A stretch of DNA of 64,000 nucleotides. It comes from Candidatus Latescibacterota bacterium. Its GTDB lineage: Bacteria; Latescibacterota; UBA2968; UBA8231. The position numbers and the translations under genes are program-made. Shown here piece after piece: positions 18,701 to 29,592 of this stretch. The DNA lies in assembly GCA_964291625.2 (NCBI GenBank), contig OZ220089.1, positions 4,704,001 through 4,768,000 on the forward strand, given 5' to 3'. Within the stretch, counting starts at the first letter, position 1. Each line of letters starts with the position of its first letter. The notes below the pieces were generated by a model. It had not been told where the DNA came from. It ran no database searches and saw only the letters and a list, made by a program, of their open reading frames with translations.

Positions 18701-19926
18701 CCTGGAGGCCGGCTGCGGGAGATGCCGACGGCGACGGCGGCAGCGAGCTGTACTTCAACGCCCTGGACGGGGCGATCCGCCGCCTCTCGTGGACAGCGGG
18801 GCTCCGGCGGCTCGGGGCGCCGCCGGGGTGGCAGGTCCTGGCCCTGGGGCGGGACCGCGTGGAGCTGATGTGGGAGGAGGTCCCCGGGGCCGCCCGCTAC
18901 GAGGCGACCCGGGACGACTCCGTCGTGGCCAGGGTGGAAGCCGGGCCCCGGCGCTTCGCCCACGTCGATTCGGGACTGGCCCCCGGCCGGGCCCATGCGT
19001 ACCAGATCGCCGCCATCGACTCGGCGGGACTCCGCGGCGAGAGCTCCCGGGTGCTGATGGCGGAACCTCGCCCGGGTCCGGTCATCGTCGATCTCCTGCA
19101 CACCGCCCCCCGCCAGCTGGAGGTCCGGTTCGACCAGGCCATGGCTCCGGAGGCGGCCCAGGCCCACCGCTGGCGGCTGATCCCCGAGGCCGCCCGGCCG
19201 CGGGAGGGTCTGCTCGACCAGGGCGCCAGGCGGCTCATCCTCTTCCTCGACCGGGCCCTGCCCGACAGCGGCACGGTGCGCCTCGAAGCTGCGGGGGTGC
19301 GTTCGGCGCGGGGTGGGCTCGTGGGTCTCCGGGGGCCGCCGACGGCCTCCCTGCGTCTGGCCCCGGTGGACCCCGCGGCGCGGCTGGTGGAGGCGGTCCT
19401 GGCGGGTCCGGCGACGATCCGCCTGCGCTTCGACAGCCCCCTCTCGGCGCCGGGTGAGGCCCGGGCCGTGGTCGACGGCCGTCTCCCGGTCGAGAGGATC
19501 GAGCCGGGGGAGGACGACCGCACGGTGCGGCTGGTCCTGCCCGAGGGGACGCGCCTGCCGGCGCGGGGCCGCGCCTGGGAGGTCGAGGTGTGGGGGCTGC
19601 GGGACGGTCTCGGGCGGCCGTTGCGGGTGCGGACCCTGGTGCGGGTCGCGGTCGACCGCCTCGAGGAGGTCCGGGCCTACCCCAACCCCTTCGATCCCGC
19701 CGCCGGCGAGCTGACCCTCGCGGGCCTGCCCCGGGAGTCGGAGGTGCAGGTCTTCACCTTCGCGGGGGAGCTCGTCTGGGAGGGCCGGGAGGAGGACGGC
19801 GACGGCGGGCTCGACTGGAGCGGCCTCAACCCTTCCGGAGCCAGGGTCGCCGCCGGAATCTACCTCGTGCGCGTGGAGCACGAGGACCGCGTGCGGCGCC
19901 TGAAGATCGCCGTCGTGCCCCGCTGA
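15775..19926 (+). CDS. Secreted S8 (subtilisin) peptidase with FG-GAP repeats, FN3/Ig-like domains and a C-terminal YPNPF/FlgD-like domain
   Basis: Catalytic triad VDSGID / HGTHVAG / GTSLAAPHVAG, multiple DxDGDG repeats, C-terminal AYPNPF...GIYLV. Confidence 0.9.
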   Translation: MSGPLPSRRWRRGGRAALAAAALAAAALPSLLPAASAPAPQLTPGEVLVRWRAAAARPLGPGPAAQLDSLHEALGLRSQTPLLPMPAAVGRRAAAAPAEAALARWSVLRFDGGRPAAELAERYGRVSAVEAAQPNYLRKTADFGTDDPLLHEQWGLEAIGWRAGDPGSAEGVLIAVVDSGIDAGHPDLRDRIWRNPAEVLGEAGVDDDGNGYVDDVGGWDFTDAPGLPGSGDYLERDADPADDSGHGTHVAGVAAAAAGNGEGIAGVAPGVRVMPLRAGLVIGEAGYLQDDDIAAAIVYAVRNGADVLNLSFGDPAYSPLIDDAVRFALGRGVVVVAAAGNEASSEVFYPARLPGTIAVAAVGRGGAAAAFSNFGASIDLAAPGVAIHSTGPGGGYSSLSGTSLAAPHVAGAAALVLARHPGYTPLQVLGVLAAAARDAGSAPGWDAATGHGLLQIPPAVTDPPLAVAFRAPSPPRPVGHPAAAVELEVAGAPGLELLVEWGSGEDPDRWHPVDARIWEGPHDSDVRWSTADLAPGSYTLRATVREGPRQHSRRLAVRLAARGARVLRWSLVRALQGPRWRDLVSWSTDRPSAGALDLLSAGERVLRLLAPPGRLDQTLTLPADLPPGAYEMRISTDGQGVQAGDSLIVRPGAVDRSNPRSGPDLPAGYLMPGLTDFDGDGRREVVAMVHAGDGSYAPTAFFEGGDPAPAHSTASRFIPWGRHDLDGDGLLELMAVDARRVRLFEQRAPGQYPGRRAWAVREVWGGEVLDADADGRPEMFLRSATAELFRVFEGRGDDDYAETAALVNDTPGGNEFGPRQVAADLDGDGRGELLAGDSDGDLLVFEAGADDAYRRTWRFLEQEESVDGRLVGGGADLDGDGEAEFVVGRLRRDPFDVEGRRWRLSVYGAAGDDDYRKEWEGEVLAASSQGAGIAVADLDGDGQVEWIAVLVPHLYVFRAAGDGGFEVVWHAEAGETWRPAAGDADGDGGSELYFNALDGAIRRLSWTAGLRRLGAPPGWQVLALGRDRVELMWEEVPGAARYEATRDDSVVARVEAGPRRFAHVDSGLAPGRAHAYQIAAIDSAGLRGESSRVLMAEPRPGPVIVDLLHTAPRQLEVRFDQAMAPEAAQAHRWRLIPEAARPREGLLDQGARRLILFLDRALPDSGTVRLEAAGVRSARGGLVGLRGPPTASLRLAPVDPAARLVEAVLAGPATIRLRFDSPLSAPGEARAVVDGRLPVERIEPGEDDRTVRLVLPEGTRLPARGRAWEVEVWGLRDGLGRPLRVRTLVRVAVDRLEEVRAYPNPFDPAAGELTLAGLPRESEVQVFTFAGELVWEGREEDGDGGLDWSGLNPSGARVAAGIYLVRVEHEDRVRRLKIAVVPR

Positions 19927-19967
19927 CGCCGATGTCCTATCGTAGCCGCCCCAACGGGAGAGACTCC

Positions 19968-20978
19968 ATGGTACGCATCGGCATCGTCGGCATCGGTTTC
20001 ATGGGCACCACCCACTACAAGGCGATCGCCCGGGTGAAGGGGGCGAAGGTGACCGCCATCTGCACGCGGGACCCCAAAAAGCTGAAGGGCGACTGGCGCG
20101 GCGTGCAGGGGAACTTCGGCGACGACGGCGGCGTGCACGACCTGCGGGGGGTGGCGGCGTACGAGCGCATCGAGGACCTGCTCGCGGACGACCGCGTCGA
20201 CCTGGTGGACATCTGCCTGCCCACGACCCTGCACTACGACTGGACCCTGGCGGCCCTGGCGGCGGGCAAGCACGTCTTCCTCGAGAAGCCGATCGCCCTC
20301 GACCTGCGGCGGGCGGACCGCATGGTGGCGGAGGCTCGGAAGCGCGGCCTGCGGCTGATGGTGGCGCACGTCCTGCGGTTCTTCCCGGAGTTCCGGCTGG
20401 TCAAGGCGCTGATGGACGGAGGGGAGCACGGCCGCGTGCTGGCGGCGGACTTCAAGCGCGTCATCTCCATGCCGGCGTGGTGGGACCCGAAGGACCTGGA
20501 CCGCACCGGCGGCCCGGCCATCGACCTGCACATCCACGACGCCGACTTCGTGCAGTTCCTCTTCGGCATGCCCGAGGCGGTGACCTCGGCGGGGGTGATC
20601 CGCAAGGGCGGCGTGGTGGAGCACATCGACACCCACTACCACTTCGAGGGCGGGCCCCAGGTGACCGCCAGCGGCGGCTGGCTCTCCCAGCAGGGCTGCC
20701 CCTTCGAGCACGGCTACGACGTGTTCTTCGAGCGGGCCACCCTCAAGTACAACAGCTCGTGGGGTCAGCCGCCGGCGCTGCTCACCGCCGACGGCAGGAG
20801 CCGCCGGCCGCGGCTGCCGCGCAGGGACGGCTTCGTCGGCGAGCTGCAGGAGGCGGTGCGGGCCGTCGCCGCCGGCGAGGACTCCGGGGAGCTGTCGGGG
20901 GTGAGCGCCCGCGACAGCCTGCGCCTGTGTCTCAAGGAGATCGAGTCGGTCAAGCGCGGGCGCCGCGTGCGCGTGTAA
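19968..20978 (+). CDS. Gfo/Idh/MocA family oxidoreductase
   Basis: GIVGIGFMG, HVFLEKPIA, DLHIHD. Confidence 0.92.
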   Translation: MVRIGIVGIGFMGTTHYKAIARVKGAKVTAICTRDPKKLKGDWRGVQGNFGDDGGVHDLRGVAAYERIEDLLADDRVDLVDICLPTTLHYDWTLAALAAGKHVFLEKPIALDLRRADRMVAEARKRGLRLMVAHVLRFFPEFRLVKALMDGGEHGRVLAADFKRVISMPAWWDPKDLDRTGGPAIDLHIHDADFVQFLFGMPEAVTSAGVIRKGGVVEHIDTHYHFEGGPQVTASGGWLSQQGCPFEHGYDVFFERATLKYNSSWGQPPALLTADGRSRRPRLPRRDGFVGELQEAVRAVAAGEDSGELSGVSARDSLRLCLKEIESVKRGRRVRV

Positions 20979-21014
20979 GACCTCCCGCCCGGCGGGGCCT
21001 GCCGGGACTCGCTC

Positions 21015-22142
21015 TCAGGCCGACAGCAGGGCCCGCAGGCGTTCGGCGATGATCTCGGCCTCGCCCGCCTGCAGCGTCTGGGGCGCCACGGATATCGAGT
21101 CCTCCGAGCCGCCCACGAGGATCGCCGGCTCTCCCTGCTCGAGGGCGGCGGCCACCTCCCGGCTGGCGGCCGGCGCGTGGCCGGCGAAGCGCAGGCGCAC
21201 GATGGGGCTGGCCGGCGGAAAGCGGTTGGCGAAGGGGGGATCGCACTCGGCGGTGATCCCGTCGATCCCCTCGGCCGCCGCCGCCACCACCCGGCAGCGG
21301 CGCTCCCACTCGGCGATCACACCCTCCTCATCGGCCTCCAGGAAGAGTTCCACCGCCCGCAGCAGGCCCACCACCTCCTCCTTGCCGACCTTCATCCCCC
21401 GTCCCACCCCCGAGTGCGGATTGCTGTTCATGGAGGCCGCCTTCACGAGGTCGGCGCGGCCGAGGATCAGCCCGCTCGACTGCGGCCCGAAGAGGCCCTT
21501 GCCGCCGCTGTAGACGGCCAGGTCGGCGCCGATCTCCGTGGTCAGATCGGTCAGGTTCGAGCGCGGCGGCAGCTGCGCCGCGGCGTCGACGATGACCGGA
21601 ACGCCGCGCCGCCGGGCGATGGGGACGATCTCGCGCAGCTGCTCCAGGGGCTGGCTCCCGAGGAAGAACACGACGGCGGCGGTGCGCTCGTCGAGGGCGG
21701 CCTCGTAGTCGGCCGCCGAGACCGACTCCCGGGACCCGACCCGGATCAGCTCGCCGCCGCAGACCCGGAACCCCTGGTGAACGTAGAAGTGGCTGTCCAC
21801 GAGGCTGATGACGAAGCGGTTCGGGCGGCCGCCGGTGTCGGGCAGGGATGCGATCGCCCCGGGGTCGGTGCCGGTGAGACAGGCGGCGCCGGCCAGCAGC
21901 ATGCCGCTGGCGGCGCCGGCGCAGACGAAGGCGGCCTCGGTCCCGGTGAGGCCGGCGATGCGCTCGCCCACCCGGTCGTGCAGCTCCTCCAGGCGGACGA
22001 AGCTCAGGGAGGCCTCGGCCATGGCGGCCACGACCTCGGGCGGCATGATCGACCCGCCGAGGGTGGTGATCGTGCCGCGGGCGTTGATGAAGGTGCGCAG
22101 GCCCAGGCGGGAGTAGATGGAGACGGGGGGGGTGCCGGTCAT
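21015..22142 (-). CDS. SelA-like PLP-dependent enzyme (DgaE-like)
   Basis: INARGTITTLGGS, VDAAAQ, YSGGKGL.GPQSSG, GRGMKVGKEE. Confidence 0.85.
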   Translation of the reverse strand: MTGTPPVSIYSRLGLRTFINARGTITTLGGSIMPPEVVAAMAEASLSFVRLEELHDRVGERIAGLTGTEAAFVCAGAASGMLLAGAACLTGTDPGAIASLPDTGGRPNRFVISLVDSHFYVHQGFRVCGGELIRVGSRESVSAADYEAALDERTAAVVFFLGSQPLEQLREIVPIARRRGVPVIVDAAAQLPPRSNLTDLTTEIGADLAVYSGGKGLFGPQSSGLILGRADLVKAASMNSNPHSGVGRGMKVGKEEVVGLLRAVELFLEADEEGVIAEWERRCRVVAAAAEGIDGITAECDPPFANRFPPASPIVRLRFAGHAPAASREVAAALEQGEPAILVGGSEDSISVAPQTLQAGEAEIIAERLRALLSA

Positions 22143-22224
22143 GTCGGTCCGATCCTGTCGCGGGTGGGTGGGTTGTGCCGCGGCAGAACGGTATGCGGGC
22201 CGGGGCCGCGCTCAAGGGCGGGCC

Positions 22225-22260
22225 AAAGAGAAAGGGCGGGAACCTCTCGGCACCCGCCCT
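22225..22260 (-). terminator. Intrinsic terminator downstream of groEL
   Basis: AGGGCGGG/CCCGCCCT stem (22233-22240 / 22253-22260) followed on the minus strand by TTCTCTTT. Confidence 0.7.
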
Positions 22261-22314
22261 CTCCGCCTTCGTCTGCCGTGAACCGGCGGCGGCGCGTGGC
22301 CGCCCCGGATGCGT

Positions 22315-24254
<1,940 letters not shown>

Positions 24255-24329
24255 GATGCGCTCCTTGTTTGGAGAGAGGGAGGCCGGAATCGACCTCCCG
24301 GGGAATGGGACATCAGCGCCGGGACAACA

Positions 24330-24346
24330 TGCAAGAGCTGTGCCAA
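24330..24346 (-). promoter_or_regulatory. sigma54 (-24/-12) promoter of groESL
   Basis: Minus strand TTGGCACAGCTCTTGCA matches TGGCAC-N5-TTGCA, about 75 nt upstream of groES. AT-rich region upstream. Confidence 0.8.
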
Positions 24347-24665
24347 TACAGGGTATCCTCCTCCATGAATTGGCAATTCGTTGTAGAACAGAGAGTTATG
24401 TACACGGCCTCACTATTCAGGTAAATCATGCATATTGTCCATTTTGAGAGAGGGAGAGCCGCATCCTTTCCTCAGGACACATCCTAACCCCATGCCGGAA
24501 AGCAAGATAATGATCATTCCCGATTTGACAACGAGGATCGAGCGGATATTTGCCATATCGAGAACAGACCACCTCCAGGGAAGTCCGCAGGACTCCTTCC
24601 CGGGCCGTCCGGCGCCGGGATCGGCCGGGACCGGCTCCTCCCGGCCCCCGCCCGGAGCTGACCCC

Positions 24666-25451
24666 ATGGGCCGCGACTACCGCGACGCCGTGGTGGTGGT
24701 CACCGGAGCCGGCGGCGGCATCGGCCGCGCCCTCTCCGTGGCCCTGACCTCGAAGGGGGCCCGCCTGGCGCTGGTTGGGCGCCGCCCCGGCCCCCTGGAG
24801 GAGACGGCGGGCCTGGCCGGCGCGCAGCCGCTGGTCCTGCCCTGCGACGTATCCGACGCCGGGGCGGTGGCCGGACTCTGCGAGCGCGTCGAGGCCGAGC
24901 TGGGGGAGATCGAGGTGCTGGTGAACAACGCCGGCCGGGGGGCGTACGGCCCCTTCGAGGAGGTCCCCCTCGCCGATCACCGGGCCGTGGTCGAGACCAA
25001 CCTGATGGGGGTGATCCACACCACCCACCGGGTGCTGCCGTCGATGCTGCGCCGGAAACGGGGTCAGCTGGTCTTCGTCTCCAGCGTCCTCGGCGAGCTG
25101 CCGTCGCCGGACCACGCCGTGTACGGGGCGACGAAGTTCGCCGTCACCGGGCTCGGCGAGAGCCTGGCCCACGAGTTGCGGGGCACGGGGGTCTCGGTCA
25201 CCGTCGTCGAGCCCGGACTCGTGCACTCGGGGTTCCACGAGGTCTCCCGGACCCCCATGAAGCGCTTCGGACAGGTGCCGTCGAAGAGCTCCGAAGAGGC
25301 GGCGGCCGAGGTCCTGGGCGCCATGGAGCGGCAGCGCCGCCTGTACGTGGCCGACCGCTGGGTCGGCCTGGCCATCCGGATGCGCAGGCTCGCGCCGAGG
25401 AGCTTCGGTTGGGTCTTCGGGGTGGTCTGGGGGCGGATGCGGCGGCGGTAG
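24666..25451 (+). CDS. SDR family oxidoreductase
   Basis: TGAGGGIG, NNAG, YGATK. Confidence 0.9.
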   Translation: MGRDYRDAVVVVTGAGGGIGRALSVALTSKGARLALVGRRPGPLEETAGLAGAQPLVLPCDVSDAGAVAGLCERVEAELGEIEVLVNNAGRGAYGPFEEVPLADHRAVVETNLMGVIHTTHRVLPSMLRRKRGQLVFVSSVLGELPSPDHAVYGATKFAVTGLGESLAHELRGTGVSVTVVEPGLVHSGFHEVSRTPMKRFGQVPSKSSEEAAAEVLGAMERQRRLYVADRWVGLAIRMRRLAPRSFGWVFGVVWGRMRRR

Positions 25452-25469
25452 CGGGCGCCCCGCCGGGGG

Positions 25470-26291
25470 TCAGATCGAACGGGGTCCGGCGAAGGGGCGC
25501 TGGCCCGCCACTTCCAGGGCCAGACCGTACACCGAACCGGTCGCCGCCTCGGCGACGAAGAGCCGGTCGTAGTCGAGGCCGCCGAAGGTCATGGCCGCCA
25601 CCTCGGCGCCGGGGATCTCGATCAGGCCCTGGCGGCGGCCCTCCGGATCGATGACGACGATGCCGGCGCCGGGGACGCTCGCGTAGAGCTGCCCGCGGGC
25701 GTCGAAGAGCAGGTCCTCGGCGCCCGGGTCCTCGCCGAACTCGATGAAGACCTGCTGGTTCTGTGGCTGGCCCTCGTCGTCCATCTCCAGGGAGAGGATG
25801 CGCCGGCTCCCCCGCTCCGAGACGTAGAGGACGGCCGCGTCTTCCGAGAGCAACATCCCCGCCGGAGACGACAACCCGCTGATGACCTCGGTCACCTCGC
25901 CGTCGAGATCGGCGCGGTACACCGAGCCGCCGCCGTCCTCGCCGTGCCCCGGGTCGCTGAAGAGAATGTCGCCGGTGGGCTCGAAGCAGAGCTGCCGGGG
26001 GCTGATGAAGCGCCGGCCCCTGCAGCTGTGGGCGTAGATCTCCAGCGCTTCGTCCGGGGAGATGAGGATCAGGTGATGGCGCCCGCTCTCGGCCACGAAG
26101 AGATCGCCCGAGTCGTCGAAGGCGATGCCCAGCGGCCGCGGGCCGGTCTGGGCGAAGAGCTGGGCCTGGCCGTCCACGATGCGGAGGATGCGGTTGGCGG
26201 CGGACTCGGAGACGAAGAGGACGTCGTCGGCGTCGAAGGCGATCCCGTACGGCGACCGCAAATCGCTGACGACGATCTCAGGTTGGGCCAC
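25470..26291 (-). CDS. SMP-30/gluconolactonase/LRE family beta-propeller
   Basis: Repeated P.GIAFD, FSDP, LYVSE, FGG...LFV blades. Confidence 0.82.
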   Translation of the reverse strand: MAQPEIVVSDLRSPYGIAFDADDVLFVSESAANRILRIVDGQAQLFAQTGPRPLGIAFDDSGDLFVAESGRHHLILISPDEALEIYAHSCRGRRFISPRQLCFEPTGDILFSDPGHGEDGGGSVYRADLDGEVTEVISGLSSPAGMLLSEDAAVLYVSERGSRRILSLEMDDEGQPQNQQVFIEFGEDPGAEDLLFDARGQLYASVPGAGIVVIDPEGRRQGLIEIPGAEVAAMTFGGLDYDRLFVAEAATGSVYGLALEVAGQRPFAGPRSI

Positions 26292-26403
26292 GGGGTCCTG
26301 GGTGCGGTGTCAGGAGTTTTGAAACGGCGGCCGCCGGGTTCGGGCCGCGGCCGATGCCAGGGGGTGGGCTGCGAAATATAGCGCCCGGCCCCTGCATGGC
26401 AAC

Positions 26404-27180
26404 CTACTGGGCGGTGTAGCCTCCGTCGACGACGAGGGCCGCCCCGGTGGTGAAGGACGAGGCGGGGGAGGCGAAGTAGAGGACGGCCGTGGCCAACTCG
26501 GCGGGATCGCCCCAGCGGCCCAGGGGGACCTTGTCCCGCATCGCCCGCGCCGCCTCGGGATCGTCGAGGAGAGGCTTGTTGAGGGGCGTGGCGAAGGGCC
26601 CCGGACAGATGCAGTTGGCCGTCACCCCCGTCCCGGCCCACTCCAGGGCCAGGGTGCGCGTCAGCTGCAGGATGCCGCCCTTGCTCGAGGCGTACGGCGT
26701 GCGGTGGGGGATGGAGATGGAGGACAAGGTCGAGCCGATGTTGATGACCCGGCCGTAGCCGCGCTCGACCATGTGCCGTCCGGCGGCGCGGCAGTAGTAG
26801 AAAGGCCCGGTGAGGTTGATGCCGAGGACGGTCTCCCAGGTCTCGTCCTCCATCTCCAGGATCGGGGCCCGCAGGTTGACGCCGGCGTTGTTCACGAGGA
26901 TGTCGAGATGGCCGAAGCGCTCGACGACCTCTCTCACCGAGCCTTCGGCCTGGCCGCGGTCCGCGGCATCGGCCTGGAGGGGGACCACCCGGCCGCCGCT
27001 CCCGGCGGCGATCGTCTCGGCCGCGGAACGGGCCTCGTCGAGGTGGCGGCTGGTGATGGCCACGTCGGCGCCGGCGCCGGACAGTGCGGCAGCCATGGCC
27101 TCGCCCAGGCCCTTGCTGCCCCCGGTGACCAGGGCCGTCCGCCCCTCGAGGCAGAACAGGCCGGGGGAGCCGCCTACCAC
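26404..27180 (-). CDS. SDR family oxidoreductase (gluconate 5-dehydrogenase-like)
   Basis: TGGSKGLG, NNAG, YASSKGG, CPGPF.T, VDGG. Confidence 0.92.
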   Translation of the reverse strand: MVGGSPGLFCLEGRTALVTGGSKGLGEAMAAALSGAGADVAITSRHLDEARSAAETIAAGSGGRVVPLQADAADRGQAEGSVREVVERFGHLDILVNNAGVNLRAPILEMEDETWETVLGINLTGPFYYCRAAGRHMVERGYGRVINIGSTLSSISIPHRTPYASSKGGILQLTRTLALEWAGTGVTANCICPGPFATPLNKPLLDDPEAARAMRDKVPLGRWGDPAELATAVLYFASPASSFTTGAALVVDGGYTAQ

Positions 27181-27410
27181 TGCTCCTCCTCCACCATTTC
27201 GCGGGCGAGGGTGCCCAGCTCCTCGGCGAGCTCCTCCTTCTCGCCCTGACGCGCCTTGCTGGTGATCTGCATGGTGAGGGCGATCAGGCCCAGGCCGAAG
27301 ATGCGCTGCAGGCTCTGGGGCCGCTCCGGGTCCAGATCGGGGATCAGCTCGCCCAGGCGGTCGAGGAGGCGGCGGTGCTTCTCGGACAGCTCGATGACTT
27401 CGAGAGACAT
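27174..27410 (-). CDS. Small hypothetical protein
   Basis: Overlaps the downstream SDR start. TATACT -10 box 8 nt before the ATG. Plausible codon usage. Confidence 0.55.
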   Translation of the reverse strand: MSLEVIELSEKHRRLLDRLGELIPDLDPERPQSLQRIFGLGLIALTMQITSKARQGEKEELAEELGTLAREMVEEEQW

Positions 27411-27464
27411 GGAGCAGCAGTATAGTCGGTGCCGCCGGAGGCCGCTATCGGCGCGCCGGACGCC

Positions 27465-28316
27465 TCAGCCCTCGAGGGCCGCGGCGCGGTACTCCCCCCG
27501 CTCGCCGCGGACCAGGCGGCTGAAGGGACCGTGGGGGTCGTGGTCCCAGGCGAGGACGCAGCCCTCCTCGTGGACCCGGCGGACCAGGGCCTGCTTCGCT
27601 CGCAGGGTATCGTGGGGGAACATGTCGTAGGCCATGATCCAGTAGGGGCTCAGGTGGTGGCGCGACGGCAGCACGTCGCCGGGGAAGACCAGGCGCCGGT
27701 GGTCCCCGTGCACCCAGACGGCCTGGTGGTGACCGGTGTGGCCTCCCGTGGCCTGCACCGAGATTTGCGGCAGGATCGAGCCGTCGCCCTCGACGAGTTC
27801 CCAGCGCAGGCCGGCCAGGGCCTCCAGGTCGCCGGGCGCATAGCTGGAGCGCATGATGGAGACGCCCTCGCGGGCGTCCTCCCACTCGCCGCGCTGCACC
27901 ACGTGCACGGCCTCGGGGAAGAGGGGGCGGAGGCCGCCGTCGCCCAGGATCAGGGCGCCGGCGGCGTGGTCGAAGTGCAGGTGGGTGAGCACCACGTGGG
28001 TGATCTCGCCCGGGGCGACGCCGGCTTCGCGCAGCGCCCCCGGGAGGGTGACCTCCGGGTCGACGGCGAAGATCTCCCGGGAGCGCTCGTCGAAGCGGTC
28101 GCCGCAGCCGGTGTCGACCAGGGCCAGGGCGCCGCGGCAGCGCACCAGCAGGCAGCGGCAGGGGTTGTCGATGCGGTGGCGGTCGTCGGGAGGGCAGGCG
28201 CGTTCCCACAGGGGCCGGGGCACGACGCCGAACATGGCGCCGCCGTCGAGGCGCATGCGCCCGCCGAGGAGGGGCCGGACCTCGACGCCCCCGAGATCGA
28301 GGGCTGCCCCCGTCAC
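27465..28316 (-). CDS. MBL-fold metallo-hydrolase (YtnP-like)
   Basis: LDGGAMFGVVP, THLHFDHAAG, GHTGHH, AYD, HDP. GTG start overlaps the upstream stop. Confidence 0.9.
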   Translation of the reverse strand: MTGAALDLGGVEVRPLLGGRMRLDGGAMFGVVPRPLWERACPPDDRHRIDNPCRCLLVRCRGALALVDTGCGDRFDERSREIFAVDPEVTLPGALREAGVAPGEITHVVLTHLHFDHAAGALILGDGGLRPLFPEAVHVVQRGEWEDAREGVSIMRSSYAPGDLEALAGLRWELVEGDGSILPQISVQATGGHTGHHQAVWVHGDHRRLVFPGDVLPSRHHLSPYWIMAYDMFPHDTLRAKQALVRRVHEEGCVLAWDHDPHGPFSRLVRGERGEYRAAALEG

Positions 28317-28978
28317 TCGAGGCCGCCCCGCCGGCGGGCCTCGTCCCAGGCGGTCTTGAACTCGTCGATGGTCTCCACCGTGCGCGGGTGGTGGGCCATG
28401 GCCGGCAGGAACCGGTAGGGGGTGGTGACGATGTGGGCCCCGGCGAGGAAGGAGCGCTGGATGTCGCCCACGGAGCGCATGCTGCCGGCGATGATGCGGG
28501 CCTCGAAGCCGCCGTGCTCGATGAACCGGGCGGTCTCGGCGATGGCGGCGTCGGCGTCGTTGCCGAGGTCGGTGATGCGGCCGATGAAGAGGCTCACGTA
28601 GCTGGCTCCCGCCATCATCGCCAGGGCCGCCTGGCTGGAGTTCATCATGCAGGTCACGTTCACCCGCACGTCGCGGTCGGCCTCGAGGACGTGCACCGCC
28701 CGCAGGCCCTCCATCGACATGGGGATCTTGACGACCACGCGCGGGTCCCAGGCGGCGTACTCCGCGGCCTCGGCGAGCATGCCCTCGACGCTCTCGGCCA
28801 CGACCTCGACGCTCACGGGGCCGTCGATGCAGGCGAGGATCTCCTCCACGCGCCGGCGCATGCTGCCGGGCTCGGCGGCGGCGGCCAGCTTGGGGTTGGT
28901 CGTGCACCCGGAGATCACCCCCAGGGCGGCGGCCTGGCGGACCTCCTCCAGGTCGGCGCTGTCGATGAAGAGCTCCAT
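28313..28978 (-). CDS. Transaldolase (short FSA-like subfamily)
   Basis: FIDSA, TTNP, VSVEV, VKIP (Schiff-base Lys), YVSLFIGR. The Glu/Phe pair indicates transaldolase rather than FSA. Confidence 0.88.
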   Translation of the reverse strand: MELFIDSADLEEVRQAAALGVISGCTTNPKLAAAAEPGSMRRRVEEILACIDGPVSVEVVAESVEGMLAEAAEYAAWDPRVVVKIPMSMEGLRAVHVLEADRDVRVNVTCMMNSSQAALAMMAGASYVSLFIGRITDLGNDADAAIAETARFIEHGGFEARIIAGSMRSVGDIQRSFLAGAHIVTTPYRFLPAMAHHPRTVETIDEFKTAWDEARRRGGLE

Positions 28979-28991
28979 GCTGTCTCCGTGA

Positions 28992-29591
28992 TCAGGCGGC
29001 GGCGATGCGCTGCCGCAGGCGGTCGCAGATGAGGTGCTGCAGGGCGAGGTGGAAGGACTCCACCTGCGGCGTGGAGTCGACGGGCACGACGATGCAGACG
29101 TCGGCGAGCCGCTTCAGGGCGCCGCCGTCGAAGCCGCTGAGCCCCAGGGTGCGGGCGCCGCGGTCCCGGGCGACCTGGAGGGCCTTCAGCAGATTCCCGG
29201 ACCAGGCGCCGGCGTTGCCCTGCCCGGAGCCGCCGTGGACGCTGATCAGCACCAGCACGTCGCCCTCGCCGATCCAGGCCTCGACCTGCCTGGCGTAGAC
29301 CGAGTCCGGGCCCTCGTCGTTCATCAGGGCGCTGAAGAGGGGCATGTTGTCGGTCAGGGCCAGGACGCGGAAGCGGGGCTTGCCCTCGCACAGGGTCCAC
29401 TTGGCGAGGTCGCAGGCGAAGTGGCTCGCCGTCGACGCCGAGCCGCCGTTGCCGGCCAGGTAGACCGCCTTCCCCGAGCCCCAGGCCTCGAAGAGGAGGT
29501 CGATGGCGGCGTCGATCTGCGGCCGCGGCAGGTCGTCGAGGACGGCGCCCATGCGCGCGAGGTAGGCGTCGATGTAGTCCCGGTTGCTCAT
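28992..29591 (-). CDS. gmhA: Sedoheptulose-7-phosphate isomerase (SIS domain)
   Basis: GNGGSASTASHF..D, ND, LSGFDGG, QVES.HL...H. Confidence 0.85.
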   Translation of the reverse strand: MSNRDYIDAYLARMGAVLDDLPRPQIDAAIDLLFEAWGSGKAVYLAGNGGSASTASHFACDLAKWTLCEGKPRFRVLALTDNMPLFSALMNDEGPDSVYARQVEAWIGEGDVLVLISVHGGSGQGNAGAWSGNLLKALQVARDRGARTLGLSGFDGGALKRLADVCIVVPVDSTPQVESFHLALQHLICDRLRQRIAAA

Positions 29592-29592
29592 C

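Noticed and set aside
17790-18750. Recurring GACCTCGACGGCGACGG-like DNA repeats
   Set aside because: Explained by FG-GAP (DxDGDG) protein repeats inside the S8 protease gene, not an array.
21015-22142. True selenocysteine synthase selA
   Set aside because: Too short, lacks the SelA N-terminal domain, and no selB/selC/selD nearby. It fits the SelA-like/DgaE group.
24255-24665. CIRCE element upstream of groES
   Set aside because: No TTAGCACTC-N9-GAGTGCTAA match found.
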